A stretch of 64,000 nt of DNA from assembly GCA_963667175.2 (NCBI GenBank), contig CAXXXF010000014.1:1-64000 (forward strand), given 5' to 3'. The stretch is from Candidatus Latescibacterota bacterium. GTDB lineage: Bacteria; Latescibacterota; UBA2968; GCA-2709665. Each line of letters starts with the position of its first letter. Position 1 is the first letter of the stretch. The position numbers were made by a program, and so were the translations under genes. Below are positions 30,249-40,268 of this stretch, piece after piece. Under the pieces are notes generated by a model. It was not told the origin of the DNA. It saw nothing but the letters and a program-made list of their open reading frames with translations, and ran no database searches.

Positions 30249-31691
30249 CTACAGTCCTTCCGTTTGCGTTGTAGGCGTCGTGGAAACCATCCTCCGGGCA
30301 TCCCCGAAGCCCCCGCCGAGCGCGAGGTGCAGGTTGACCCGGTTCTCCAGGCGCTGCCGGCGTACGGCGATGAGCTGGCTCTCGGACGCGTAGGCCCCGC
30401 GCTGAGCATCGAGCATGGTGTTCAGGTCCGCGAGCCCGCCGGCGTACCGGTCTTCGGCGAGACGGCGCGCGGCGAGGGCCTGCTCGGTTGCGGTTTCCAG
30501 CGCCGCCTGTCTTTTCGCCAGAAGCGTCTCTGCCGCGAGCGCTGTTTCGACTTCGGCATAGGCCGACAGGACGCTCTGAACGTACGCGGAAACGGCCTGC
30601 TCGGATTGTGAAGCGGCCAACTGGATGCCGCCGCGAATTCGCCCGCCCTGGAAGAGGGGTTGCAGGATGTTTCCGGCCAGGTTCCAGACACTGAAGTCGC
30701 CGTCGAGCAGATTCTCGAGGTCCCTGGTGGTGGCGCCGGCGGAGCCCGTCAGGCTGATGCGCGGATAGAGCGCTCGCCTGGCCTGCGTGTACCGGGCGTA
30801 GGATGCGGCCAGACGGCGTTCCGCCGCGACGAGGTCCGGCCGCCGCGCCACGAGGTCGGCGGGCAGGCCGGCGGGAATCGTTTCCGGGAGTTCCGGCAGG
30901 GTTACGCCCGGCCTGACGGCGGCGGCGGGATACCTGCCCAGGAGTACTTCCAGCTGGCGGCGGGTTGCGCCGAATACCAGCCGGTGTTGCTGGAGTGCGG
31001 CTTCGGCCCCGGCAAGGCTCGACAACGCGCGGCGGAGGTCCAGTGCATGCCTCAGGCCGCGCCGGTACCGTTCCCGAACGACCTCGCTGGACGTCCTGAA
31101 ATTCTCAACCGTGGCTTCCGAGAGTTCGACCTGCCTGCGCGCCTCCACCGCGGCGAACCAGGACTTGACGGTCTGCCCTGCCAGCGAGAGTCGCGCGCCG
31201 TTGTGATCCGCGCGCGCGGCCTGCGCGTCGGCCAGCGCCGCCGACGCGCCGGCGCCCAGCCGGTTCCAGAGATCGAGCTCCCAGGAAACGTCGAGGGAGA
31301 GGCCGAAGCTGCTCGAAGTGGAAGTCAGGACGCCGTTTCCGGATCCGGGGATGGGCAGACCGATGAAGTTCTGTTTCCGACGGGACCCGCTGGCCCGGCC
31401 TCCGGCATCGGGATAGAGAGGGGCCCCCGCAATCCTCGCGCGAGCCGCGGCGGCGCGTACCCTGGCGGCGGAGACCCGAAGGTTGTGGTTTCTTGCGAGC
31501 GCGTCGGCGACCAGACCGGAAAGGGTTTCGTCATTGAATGCGCGCCACCACAGGGTGTCCGCCGGCGCCGTCCCGGCGGGTCCCGCGGACCAGTCCTCCG
31601 GAAGCGTCACGCCGACTTCCGGGGGGTTCACCTTCGGCGCCGCGGCGCAACCCGCGACCGCCAGCGAGAGAATGGACAGAACGGTTCTCAA
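30249..31691 (-). CDS. Outer-membrane efflux lipoprotein (NodT/OprM family)
   Basis: TTG start overlapping the TetR stop; lipobox VAGC; SWELDLW, RRPDLVAAE, LALGGG. Confidence 0.92.
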   Translation of the reverse strand: MRTVLSILSLAVAGCAAAPKVNPPEVGVTLPEDWSAGPAGTAPADTLWWRAFNDETLSGLVADALARNHNLRVSAARVRAAAARARIAGAPLYPDAGGRASGSRRKQNFIGLPIPGSGNGVLTSTSSSFGLSLDVSWELDLWNRLGAGASAALADAQAARADHNGARLSLAGQTVKSWFAAVEARRQVELSEATVENFRTSSEVVRERYRRGLRHALDLRRALSSLAGAEAALQQHRLVFGATRRQLEVLLGRYPAAAVRPGVTLPELPETIPAGLPADLVARRPDLVAAERRLAASYARYTQARRALYPRISLTGSAGATTRDLENLLDGDFSVWNLAGNILQPLFQGGRIRGGIQLAASQSEQAVSAYVQSVLSAYAEVETALAAETLLAKRQAALETATEQALAARRLAEDRYAGGLADLNTMLDAQRGAYASESQLIAVRRQRLENRVNLHLALGGGFGDARRMVSTTPTTQTEGL

Positions 31692-32332
31692 GGTGCGCCT
31701 CCGTTGTGGGCGGCGGCTCGGAGCCCCGCCGCGAGAAACGCCACGAGGCGTTTGATGTTGTTTTCGACGTCGGACGGATCGCACAGCCCGTCGGTCCTGC
31801 GCGGGATGACGTGCCTGCCCATCAGCGGCATGCTCATGCTGCCGACCATGAAAAAGAACCTCCACAGCAGATCGGCCCGGGACAGGTGGGGCAGGCTTCG
31901 GGACAGCGCCGCGGTAAATCGAAGGAAGACTTCCTCGAATTGCTCGGTGATTTTGTACGCCAGGTCTCCGGGTTCCGAATACAGCCTCCCCATGAGACAC
32001 ATGAAGTGCTCGCCGCCGCCGCCGGAATCGTGTGCCAGGCGCATTGCGGGCGCGACGAAGGCGTTAACGATCGCTTCGACCGGCGGCGGGCCGTCGGCGG
32101 CGGCTTCCTCCCGATCGAGGAGGCGGCGCCGCTCCCGGTTGAGCGGTTCGAGCCGCCGGGCGAAGACGGCTTCGACCAGCGCTTCCCTGGACCCGAAGTG
32201 ATAGTGGATTGACGCCAGGTTGGCCGGCGCCTCCGAGGCGATGGCCCGCAAGGACGTGGCCGCGATTCCATGTTCCGCGAACAGATGTTCGGCAGCGTCG
32301 AGCAACCGGTTGTGGGTATCGGTCTGGTTCAT
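31688..32332 (-). CDS. TetR/AcrR-family regulator
   Basis: LLDAAEHLFAEHG, SLRAIA, IHYHFGSREAL. Confidence 0.93.
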   Translation of the reverse strand: MNQTDTHNRLLDAAEHLFAEHGIAATSLRAIASEAPANLASIHYHFGSREALVEAVFARRLEPLNRERRRLLDREEAAADGPPPVEAIVNAFVAPAMRLAHDSGGGGEHFMCLMGRLYSEPGDLAYKITEQFEEVFLRFTAALSRSLPHLSRADLLWRFFFMVGSMSMPLMGRHVIPRRTDGLCDPSDVENNIKRLVAFLAAGLRAAAHNGGAP

Positions 32333-32357
32333 GTGATTCAGAGATTTAAAGGAAAAA

Positions 32358-32393
32358 TTAAATCAAACGTATGATTTAAACGACCGTTTAAAT
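32358..32393. promoter_or_regulatory. Two overlapping palindromic operators, probably bound by the TetR
   Basis: ttaaatca-aacgta-tgatttaa and atttaaacg-ac-cgtttaaat, lying between a minus-strand TTGACA (32414-32419) and the tetR start. Confidence 0.7.
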
Positions 32394-32543
32394 TAATCCA
32401 TCCACATGGCAAATGTCAAGAAGATTCGGCTGCTTTTGGAAATTCCCGGGGCTATTGAGAGTCCCTGGTTTCCACCGGGGTGACTGCCGTTGATCGACAC
32501 ATCGTGGCCGGGCGGTTCCCCGGCCGAATTATTAATTTTCTAA

Positions 32544-32572
32544 TTGACAAACGTCTAAGATTTCGATATACT
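32544..32572 (+). promoter_or_regulatory. Sigma70 promoter upstream of the blaI-like gene
   Basis: TTGACA-17 nt-TATACT. Confidence 0.7.
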
Positions 32573-32761
32573 TCATATTAAGGAATTAATCGCACGCCGC
32601 CGCTACGCGGTCCATCCCGCGCGAACCGCGGAATCGTTCCGGTCGCGGGCCCCAGGTACTCAGACTGCAGCGGACCGACCATCGTCTCCCGATGACGAGA
32701 CCGGCGAGCGGCGCGAAAAGGACTCGTCGATATCGGATGATTATTTATAGGAGCAGACTGT

Positions 32762-33139
32762 ATGGCAAGGCCGAAGTCACCCACGCTTACCGAAGCCGAA
32801 CTCAGACTGATGGACGTGCTGTGGAAAAAGGAGACGGCCACCGTCAGCGACGTTGTCGCGGCGCTGCCCGGCACGGCGCCGCTCGCTTACAGCACGGTGC
32901 TGACAACGCTCAGGATTCTCGAACGGAAGGGTTACGTGTCCCACGAAAAGGAGGGCAGGGCCTACGTCTACCAGCCCGTAGTCGGACGCGAGGAAGCCAG
33001 AAGAAGCGTGGTCCGGTACATGATGAGCCGGTTCTTCAACAATTCGCCCGAAGCGCTGATGCTGAACATCGTCGAGAACGAAGCGGTCGACGGGGACGTT
33101 CTCGATCGTTTGAAACGAATGGTGGACGACAACGGTTAG
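32762..33139 (+). CDS. BlaI/MecI/CopY-family repressor
   Basis: LTEAELRLMDVLW, AYSTVLTTLRILERKG, GRAYVY. Confidence 0.93.
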   Translation: MARPKSPTLTEAELRLMDVLWKKETATVSDVVAALPGTAPLAYSTVLTTLRILERKGYVSHEKEGRAYVYQPVVGREEARRSVVRYMMSRFFNNSPEALMLNIVENEAVDGDVLDRLKRMVDDNG

Positions 33140-33148
33140 GGATGGCCT

Positions 33149-35296
33149 ATGTTGGCGGCCTATGAGATTTTCGACGCCGTTTCCCGTGTGACGGTGTCCT
33201 CCATGCTTGATGGTCTCTGGAAGGGCATGGTCATCACTCTTGCAGTCGCGTGCCTGCTGAACCTGGCCCGGTGGCTGAACGCCCGGACCCGGTACGTAAT
33301 CTGGGCGGCCACGCTGATCGTGGTATTCGGGCTGACCTGGTCCGGGGTCTGGAGCCCGCCCGATCGTGCGGCGACCGCACGGATGTGGTTTGACGCTGTG
33401 GAAACGGACGTTCACGGGCAACCCGGTTCACGGAGGCCGATCGATGCGGACGCCTCTGATTCGTCGCCGGGCGCTGATCAGCCGGTACACACGGATCGCT
33501 CGGGACCGGCGTTTGCGCCGGAACCTCCCGGGCGGTGGCCTCCGGTCGTCTTCGCGGTCTGGATGCTGGTCGCGTTGGCACTCTCGGCCAGACTCTTTCG
33601 GGGTTTTTGTCTCCTCCGGCGCCTTAAACGGAGCGCGGAGCCCCTTCCCGCCCGATATCAGGGCAAGTTACGCCGTCTGATCCGCTCCTGCGAGACCCGG
33701 CGCTGGGTGCGCCTGTGCAGTTCGGCACACGTGGAGTCTCCCGCGGCGACGGGTCTCTTCAGACCCGTCATTCTGATCCCGGAGACCATGCTGGACGAGC
33801 TGACGGATGAGGATTTCGATCAGGTGGTCCTGCACGAACTGGCGCACCTGCACCGGCTGGACGACTGGACCAGACTCTTCCAGGCGGTGGCGGGGTGCGT
33901 TCTGTTCTTCCATCCGGCCGTATGGTGGATTGCTCGACAGATGGACCTGGATCGGGAGGCCGCCTGTGACGACGTGGTGGTGGGCATTACGGGAGGAGCC
34001 AGAAGTTATGCGGCCTGCCTGACGCGCCTGACAGAGATGATGGCGTCGCCGGTCGGTTCGACGATGGGCTTCGGCGCCGGAGGAGACCGGAAGCAGGTCG
34101 TACGTCGGGTCAAACGGTTGTTGAACGCCAGACGAGGCGCCGAACATCGCCTCTCCCGCTCAGGTCTGTTGCTGGCATCGGGCTTGATTCTGGCGGTGCT
34201 GGTGCAGTGCGGACGCGTGGGCCCCGTGGTCGAGGTTCCGGGCCGTTCCGAAGCGTTCGTGAAGCTGGCGGCGTTCAAGGACCGGCTGCTTGCGCATTTG
34301 CGGCTGGATAGACTGCCTCCCGGTTCCGGACGTGTCGATCTGGTCACGGTAATTGCGGATTCCATGGACGCCCGGACGTTTCGGAAACCTTTCCTGGAAG
34401 TTATGGAGAGGGAAATCCTCACGCCAAGAAAGGAGCGTCTCTACCGTGTCTTGTTCGCTCATCCCGAAGAATTCAAAAGGCTGCGACGCAGGAATATCGT
34501 GATCGCCGCGCCGCTGGACGGTGTCCACGAAGCGGCCGGGCTGGTGCGCTCCCTCGTGCCTCAGGCACACAGAGATGCCATGCGGAACGGAGCAGCGCCT
34601 TTCGTCATCCGGCGGGACGTCTGGGCTGACGACCAGGTTGTGGTTCTGGTTACGGGTGAAGACCGCGATGCGCTGAGAGCCAATATGATGACGGAGGCCG
34701 ATCGGATTTACAGCGCAATCGACGGAAAACGCGATGAACGGGTCGCCGGGAACCTTTTCCGTTTTGGCGAGAGAGAGGCGCTCGCATCGGAGCTGGCGGG
34801 CCGGTTCGGATGGCGTATGCGAATACCCTTCGGGTTCAATCTGATCGATACCCATGCCGATAGCGGGTTTGTCGTGTTCTCCCGAACCCACGCGCGCGTG
34901 ACACAGTGGTTGTTTGTCTACCGCGAGGAAGGCGTGCCTCCGGACCGGCTGACAGAGGCGTGGTGCATCCGGAAGCGGAACGAGATTGCCGCCCGATTCT
35001 TTGAGAACGACGTCGTAGACCGGACAGGCCTGAAGGTGAGTCAGCGGGAGTTGGGGAGCCGGCTGGCGGTGTACCTGGAAGGCATTTGGCAGAACAATCG
35101 TGACTGGAAGGGCGGGCCCTTCAGAAGCTACGTTCTGGTAGACGGGGAGAAGGACAGGCTCTACTTTCTGGATCTCGGGGTTTACGGCCCGAATCGACGA
35201 AAGGAATCCTACCTTCGTCAGCTGGATGTCGTTGCGAGGACGTTCGAGACGGGGCCGTTCCACGACGACCGGCTCGCTACGGCCGCGCGTCGCTGA
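33149..35296 (+). CDS. M56 (BlaR1-like) metallopeptidase with a C-terminal DUF4837-like domain
   Basis: LHELAH, FFHPAVWW, REAACD; the C-terminal half (DVWADDQ, GGPFRSY, PNRRKESYLRQL) resembles DUF4837. Confidence 0.82.
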   Translation: MLAAYEIFDAVSRVTVSSMLDGLWKGMVITLAVACLLNLARWLNARTRYVIWAATLIVVFGLTWSGVWSPPDRAATARMWFDAVETDVHGQPGSRRPIDADASDSSPGADQPVHTDRSGPAFAPEPPGRWPPVVFAVWMLVALALSARLFRGFCLLRRLKRSAEPLPARYQGKLRRLIRSCETRRWVRLCSSAHVESPAATGLFRPVILIPETMLDELTDEDFDQVVLHELAHLHRLDDWTRLFQAVAGCVLFFHPAVWWIARQMDLDREAACDDVVVGITGGARSYAACLTRLTEMMASPVGSTMGFGAGGDRKQVVRRVKRLLNARRGAEHRLSRSGLLLASGLILAVLVQCGRVGPVVEVPGRSEAFVKLAAFKDRLLAHLRLDRLPPGSGRVDLVTVIADSMDARTFRKPFLEVMEREILTPRKERLYRVLFAHPEEFKRLRRRNIVIAAPLDGVHEAAGLVRSLVPQAHRDAMRNGAAPFVIRRDVWADDQVVVLVTGEDRDALRANMMTEADRIYSAIDGKRDERVAGNLFRFGEREALASELAGRFGWRMRIPFGFNLIDTHADSGFVVFSRTHARVTQWLFVYREEGVPPDRLTEAWCIRKRNEIAARFFENDVVDRTGLKVSQRELGSRLAVYLEGIWQNNRDWKGGPFRSYVLVDGEKDRLYFLDLGVYGPNRRKESYLRQLDVVARTFETGPFHDDRLATAARR

Positions 35297-35529
35297 CCCC
35301 CCCTGTCAACTGGGACAGATTGTCGCCGCTCTTTTTTCTTAAGTATTAAAGAATTAGTCCTACGCGCATTTAGATTCTCCCCCACCCTCTAAATTCCCCT
35401 TTTTCAAGCCCTTTCTTAATGCCGTCGGCAAGAGAGGATACCGCACGGGGCAATCACATCATCTCACGTCTTACGTCTCCCCTAGGTAGGGGGACGGGCG
35501 GTGAGGACCCACCCGAAAGGAGGCTGACG

Positions 35530-36171
35530 ATGATACGCTATAAGAATCCCGATGTAGACCTGAAGCTGGCGTACCCGAAGGTGATGACACGGAGTGTGGC
35601 AATATCCGCGTTGTCTCTACTCGCGCTCGCGGCGATGTTTCCCTCGTTCGAAATGGACGCCTCCGCGCGAAATCGACCGAACGAGGTGCTGGTTTTCGAG
35701 CACGTCCACGAGACCCGGCAGATACGACCTTCGGTTCCCGAGCGGCCCGTCGTGCCCGTGGAAGCCGAGAACGACGAGGTACCGGAGGATGTAACGATCG
35801 AACCGACCGAACTGAATCTCGACCGGGCGCCCGTGGACCTGCCCCCGCCCCTGCGCCGTGAGGCCGCGCCCGTTGAGGAGGAAGTCCTGGAATTCTGGCA
35901 TGTTGAGCGGAGACCCGTGCTGACTCGCAGCATGACGCCGGTCTACCCGGAGGTTGCGATGAGGGCGGGGCTGGAAGGAGACGTTTTCGTCGCGTTCACG
36001 GTTGGCGCCGACGGAAGCGTCACAGACGTGCGGGTGCTGCGGGGTGCGGATATCTTCAGAAGAGCGGCGGTCGAGGCGGTTTCGCAATTCCTATTCGAGC
36101 CGGCCGCGCAGAACGACCGGCCCGTCGCAGTAAAAATGACGATGCCCATCCGGTTTCGGCTGTCCGATTGA
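35530..36171 (+). CDS. TonB-family energy transducer
   Basis: aaggagg RBS, N-terminal TM, Pro-rich linker, PVYPEVA..AGLEGDV, FEPA. Confidence 0.9.
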   Translation: MIRYKNPDVDLKLAYPKVMTRSVAISALSLLALAAMFPSFEMDASARNRPNEVLVFEHVHETRQIRPSVPERPVVPVEAENDEVPEDVTIEPTELNLDRAPVDLPPPLRREAAPVEEEVLEFWHVERRPVLTRSMTPVYPEVAMRAGLEGDVFVAFTVGADGSVTDVRVLRGADIFRRAAVEAVSQFLFEPAAQNDRPVAVKMTMPIRFRLSD

Positions 36172-36185
36172 CCGATACGGCTGCC

Positions 36186-37373
36186 TTACAGTTCTCCAAG
36201 ATCCACCGTGAGCAGTTCCATGTGCTCTTTGTTGACAGAGTACGCGACGATCAGCCGGTCCTTCTCGACCAGCGCGCATGGATACTGATGTCCGTGCGCC
36301 TTGAGGGCGCCGGGAAACGCAATGGCGGTGGGTTCGTTGATCAGAAAGTACTGCCGCTCGAACATCACGCCGTCGGTCGAAATGGAAATCATCAACGGGA
36401 CCCGGTTCAACAGGTCGGCGATGGCATTGTTGATGAGAAAGTAACGCCCGTCCGCCAGGCTCCCGGCGCAGACGCGCGACTTCGAATCGGGAATATTCGA
36501 GAGCATGGGCGGCGTCCAGCTTCTGCCCCCATCCTCGCTGAGCGCCACCCGCAACCGCATTTCGTCCGTCTCGTTCCGGTGAAACAGGAATATCGTGCCG
36601 TCGTCCGTCTGATACCACGACGCCTCGCCGTACGGAAACCTGCCGGAATCCATTCCTCGAGAGCCGTCGTGGGGAATCTCGACAATCTCCGGCTGCTCCA
36701 GCGGACTCTTACCGGGCCACAGAAACACAATTGGAACTCCCCGCCGCGACCCGGCGCACAGCAGCCTGCCCTCCCGCGTCAGCCTGGGCGCTTCGAACCA
36801 GTAACAGTCTTCGGCGACAATCTGCTCCGTCCAGCGCTGGCCGTCCATGGAGATGCAGAGACCGACGCTACAAGTGATTCTCCTCTCGTCGCCGGCGCTC
36901 ATGCCCGGCCTGCGGGCCACCCCGCCCCCCGTCTTCGTCTGCACGAACACGATGAGACGGTCTTCGCAGCCCATGATTCCGCCGGTATTACGCCACATCC
37001 TGCCGGAGACGTCGCCCGGCGCCACGCAGGATGGCCGCGACCAGCCTGACAGATCCTCGCTGCGTACAATCAGTGTCTGCTGGCCGGGCGCCTCTTCGTC
37101 AACAGCGCCGTTCGAGAACACGTACCAGTAGGCCCCCCGCCAACTGCAGATCCCCGCCTGATGATTGTAGGTGCCGAACGCCGTCGTACCCGTTGCCACC
37201 CGCGATCTCCAGACCGGCGCCTGTTCGAACCAGGCCGGCCATTCTTCTCCGTCGGGCCGGGTGCAACCCGCTTTCCTGAACTGCGACGTGATCAGGTTGT
37301 CCCGAACTCTCTGCCTGAGGTCCGGCGTGAGCATGGAGATTCGGGTTTCCGCATAAATGTCCGGTTCGGTCAT
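36186..37373 (-). CDS. BNR/Asp-box (exo-sialidase-like) protein
   Basis: Asp-boxes SEDLSGW, SMDGQRW, SEDGGRSW, STDGVMF; QYP. Confidence 0.78.
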   Translation of the reverse strand: MTEPDIYAETRISMLTPDLRQRVRDNLITSQFRKAGCTRPDGEEWPAWFEQAPVWRSRVATGTTAFGTYNHQAGICSWRGAYWYVFSNGAVDEEAPGQQTLIVRSEDLSGWSRPSCVAPGDVSGRMWRNTGGIMGCEDRLIVFVQTKTGGGVARRPGMSAGDERRITCSVGLCISMDGQRWTEQIVAEDCYWFEAPRLTREGRLLCAGSRRGVPIVFLWPGKSPLEQPEIVEIPHDGSRGMDSGRFPYGEASWYQTDDGTIFLFHRNETDEMRLRVALSEDGGRSWTPPMLSNIPDSKSRVCAGSLADGRYFLINNAIADLLNRVPLMISISTDGVMFERQYFLINEPTAIAFPGALKAHGHQYPCALVEKDRLIVAYSVNKEHMELLTVDLGEL

Positions 37374-37605
37374 GAGACGTCCCCTGTCTGCAGATCCGGT
37401 CCGACGACTGCACCTTGTGTCGGAAAATCTTCAAAATCGGCGACGACCGTCGCTCCTGAAACCGAGCGAGATTTGACTTATTCTCATAACACACTTATAG
37501 TCAATATGTTATAGGAACAATCATTCGGACGAATCGCCCGGCTGACACCCTTGGACATGCACAACGACCGCGACGGACATTTATTGGAATGCACCCTGCG
37601 CCGCT

Positions 37606-37750
37606 CCCTGAGCTTGTCGAAGGGTCGGCAAAGGGTCCCGAGGGTTACCAAACGGCGTGTCCTGAGCCTATCGAAAGGAAATTGAGCGCGCCGCCCTGAG
37701 TTCGTCGAAGGTTAGCCAAGCGTGCGCATTTCGAAATTTCGACAAGCTCA
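37606..37750. repeat. Cluster of CCTGAGCTTGTCGAAGG-type REP-like repeats
   Basis: Direct copies at 37606-37624, 37660-37679 and 37694-37711; inverted copy ttcgacaagctca at 37738-37750. Confidence 0.7.
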
Positions 37751-37797
37751 ATGCAGGCATGCTCAATGACCACGCTTAGCCAGACCTGCTACCATTT

Positions 37798-38340
37798 ATG
37801 CCCGGACACGGATACACGGGAAGCGGTTCACCGTTTCGTTCGGATCAGCTGCAGCTGCGTTTTCCAGGCTCGACGCGGACGCCCGACGCTCAGGCGGAGA
37901 CCGTCCGGTGTGAACACTGCGGGAAGCCGAATCGTATTCCGGTCTGGATCGCCAGGCGGAAGTTCCGTCTCCACTTCTGCGGCAAAGCCTGCCTGGACGC
38001 GTGGACGTCGGTACTTCCGGACGACGGGAAACGTATGGTCTTGAGGGGACGCCCGGAATACAGGGGCGGAAACTGGAGAGTGCAGGCTACGCGGGCGAGA
38101 AAACGAGACGGCTTCCGCTGCAGGAATTGCGGGGTTACCGAAGCATCGCTGGGCAGACAGCTGGACGTCCACCACGCGACGCCCGTACGTCTGTTCGCGT
38201 CGACGGTCGCGGCCAACCGCCTGGACAATCTGGTCTCGGTCTGCGCGTCGTGCCACAAACGCCTCGAGGCAAAGCTGAGAGACGAACTTCCTCTCTTCCA
38301 CGAGGTGAGACATCCCGGTCAGCGGCGGGTGCAAGAATGA
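37798..38340 (+). CDS. HNH endonuclease with an N-terminal Cys-rich zinc-binding module
   Basis: CEHCGK...FCGKAC; RKRDGFRCRNCG, LDVHH, NRLDNLVSVCASCH; start uncertain. Confidence 0.85.
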   Translation: MPGHGYTGSGSPFRSDQLQLRFPGSTRTPDAQAETVRCEHCGKPNRIPVWIARRKFRLHFCGKACLDAWTSVLPDDGKRMVLRGRPEYRGGNWRVQATRARKRDGFRCRNCGVTEASLGRQLDVHHATPVRLFASTVAANRLDNLVSVCASCHKRLEAKLRDELPLFHEVRHPGQRRVQE

Positions 38341-38709
38341 CGCTCTAAGTCAGAATAATGCAGGGTCGGAACTCAGGGTCAACCCTCCTTTCTGACATCG
38401 AGGAAGGTGTTTTTTCGGTACACCGATGAGTGTGTATCGGGCGACCCGCGTGACACGGTTTCACCTATTATGTCCCTGATGTCGACTCCTCCCACGACGG
38501 CTCTCATTTGCTTTCAGCGCCAGATATGCCGTAGCTGGCTCGCGTTCTTTAAGCCACTCCTTACCCTCAGCGACCGTCCGGTACCCCCGGTACCGCGGTC
38601 AAATCCCCATTACCCTACGAATGCACACTGCATTGCACTCGGCTCGAACTGGAAATGTCCAGAATTTCTAAATTTCAATCCCCCCTGGGACTTGACCGAA
38701 GCCGCCGCA

Positions 38710-39405
38710 ATGGATAAATTACGCTTTATGTATACTGCGACCATTACAATCAAGTCCAACGATGCCGTGCACGCCGCAGTTGCCGCTTCACGGCCCGCCT
38801 TTTGGAGTTCTCGCCGCAAGCGCCGAGCGGACGATTTCGCCGCACTGGATGCTGCTGTATCAGCCCAAGATGCCGATTTCCCCGCGCAGGATGCAACAAA
38901 GGCCGCGAGGACTGCCTCAGTCGTAGCCGCCCAAGATGCCAGGCGTGCGGCTAACTTCGCGTCAGCCGCAGAAAAGAGCAGGTGGAAAAATTACCTGGCG
39001 GCGTGCGCTGCAAGAATCGCCGTAGATAGGGCCACCGATGCCTCCGCAATCGAGGCCGCGCACATTGCCTACGTGGTAGCGTGGGAGACATTCAACGCGA
39101 CTTCACAGATTGCCAAGCGAACGAAACAATTGGCCAAGAAAGCTCAGAGGGCCGCACTGGATGCAGCGAATGCCTCATTAGATGCCACACGGGCTAACTT
39201 GGCGGTAAATATCTCCGCAGACTTCGATGTCATGGATGCAGATATGGCCGCCGTGGATGCCGCTAACTTCGCGGCCGTAGATGCTGCACGCGCAGCAAGA
39301 AGCGCTCAACGCGCCGCCAATGCCGCCCAACGCGCCGCCGGCCGTCTTGGCGCCAAGGTAAAGTACCGCCGGATGCCTGTACACATAAGAAAAACGCATG
39401 AATAA
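38710..39405 (+). CDS. Alanine-rich helical hypothetical protein
   Basis: Long open frame (from 38407) with repeated AAQDA/AANFA/AAVDAA units; start uncertain. Confidence 0.5.
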   Translation: MDKLRFMYTATITIKSNDAVHAAVAASRPAFWSSRRKRRADDFAALDAAVSAQDADFPAQDATKAARTASVVAAQDARRAANFASAAEKSRWKNYLAACAARIAVDRATDASAIEAAHIAYVVAWETFNATSQIAKRTKQLAKKAQRAALDAANASLDATRANLAVNISADFDVMDADMAAVDAANFAAVDAARAARSAQRAANAAQRAAGRLGAKVKYRRMPVHIRKTHE

Positions 39406-39668
39406 CAACCAGTACCAAGCCGGAATGCGCCGAGATAGCCCACGAGGCGGCAATGGACCCACACGCGACAAGCCTTAATGCCCCAAAGGCCAGAGACGTA
39501 GCGCAAAAAGCCAGCCGTTCGGCGCTAAAACTGGCCATTGTCAAAGGATACGACTCCCGAATTGCTACGCCGACCAACGCCAACAATCCGGTACCGCGAA
39601 AACAAAGACGTGTATCTTCGCTTCGCCTTATCCTGCTCCCTGTACATCATCGCATTTAGTCCGTGGCT

Positions 39669-40268
39669 CTAGCGACATTTGGTGAACCGTCCGTATCCTG
39701 CGGAGTTGAAGAAATCTCGGAATTTTCCGGAGGGGGACGTTACGCGCAAATAGCCGTCAGGATGTGTCTCGGGCCTGAACCAATCTCTCCAGCTCGGTTC
39801 TTCCAAAAGCCTTAGTCTACCTTTTCGAATTAGGAGGTTGCGATGTTCATTCCAGCCCATAATCCTGTAATCGACCGCGACGATATACTCTTCCGACTTC
39901 ATCCATTTGGGTCGATTAACTCCGGTCCGTTGTTGGATCACCTTATTTATGTCCAACCTTGACAAATTGAGAACCCGAGCGACAGTACCTGGCCTCTGGG
40001 TTATCAGGACCAGTTTTCCGGAATTTAGTGCCCATCTTCCACGGTCCATAAATATCCTATTCGAGTGATCCACCGTATATCTATAAATCTCGTACTCGCA
40101 ATTCTCATAAAAACTCATTTTAGGTGATCCTTCAAGTCCACCTGCGTCTTCCCAGAGCCCCGACAACTTCTCGTCGTCGGAACGTCCACAGGCTGTGCCG
40201 GAAAGTATGCCCAGACAGAAAACATGGAATGATACCACGACCAATCTAAGCATCTTTCTTTTATTCAC
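39669..40268 (-). CDS. Hypothetical lipoprotein
   Basis: ggaggt RBS, basic N-terminus, hydrophobic stretch, GTAC lipobox, KLSGLW beta-strand start. Confidence 0.55.
   Translation of the reverse strand: MNKRKMLRLVVVSFHVFCLGILSGTACGRSDDEKLSGLWEDAGGLEGSPKMSFYENCEYEIYRYTVDHSNRIFMDRGRWALNSGKLVLITQRPGTVARVLNLSRLDINKVIQQRTGVNRPKWMKSEEYIVAVDYRIMGWNEHRNLLIRKGRLRLLEEPSWRDWFRPETHPDGYLRVTSPSGKFRDFFNSAGYGRFTKCR

Noticed and set aside
37606-37750. Mini CRISPR array
   Set aside because: Short degenerate repeats, irregular spacing, one inverted copy and no cas genes; fits a REP cluster
37798-38340. IscB/Cas9-like RNA-guided nuclease
   Set aside because: Only 180 aa, with no PLMP or RuvC motifs
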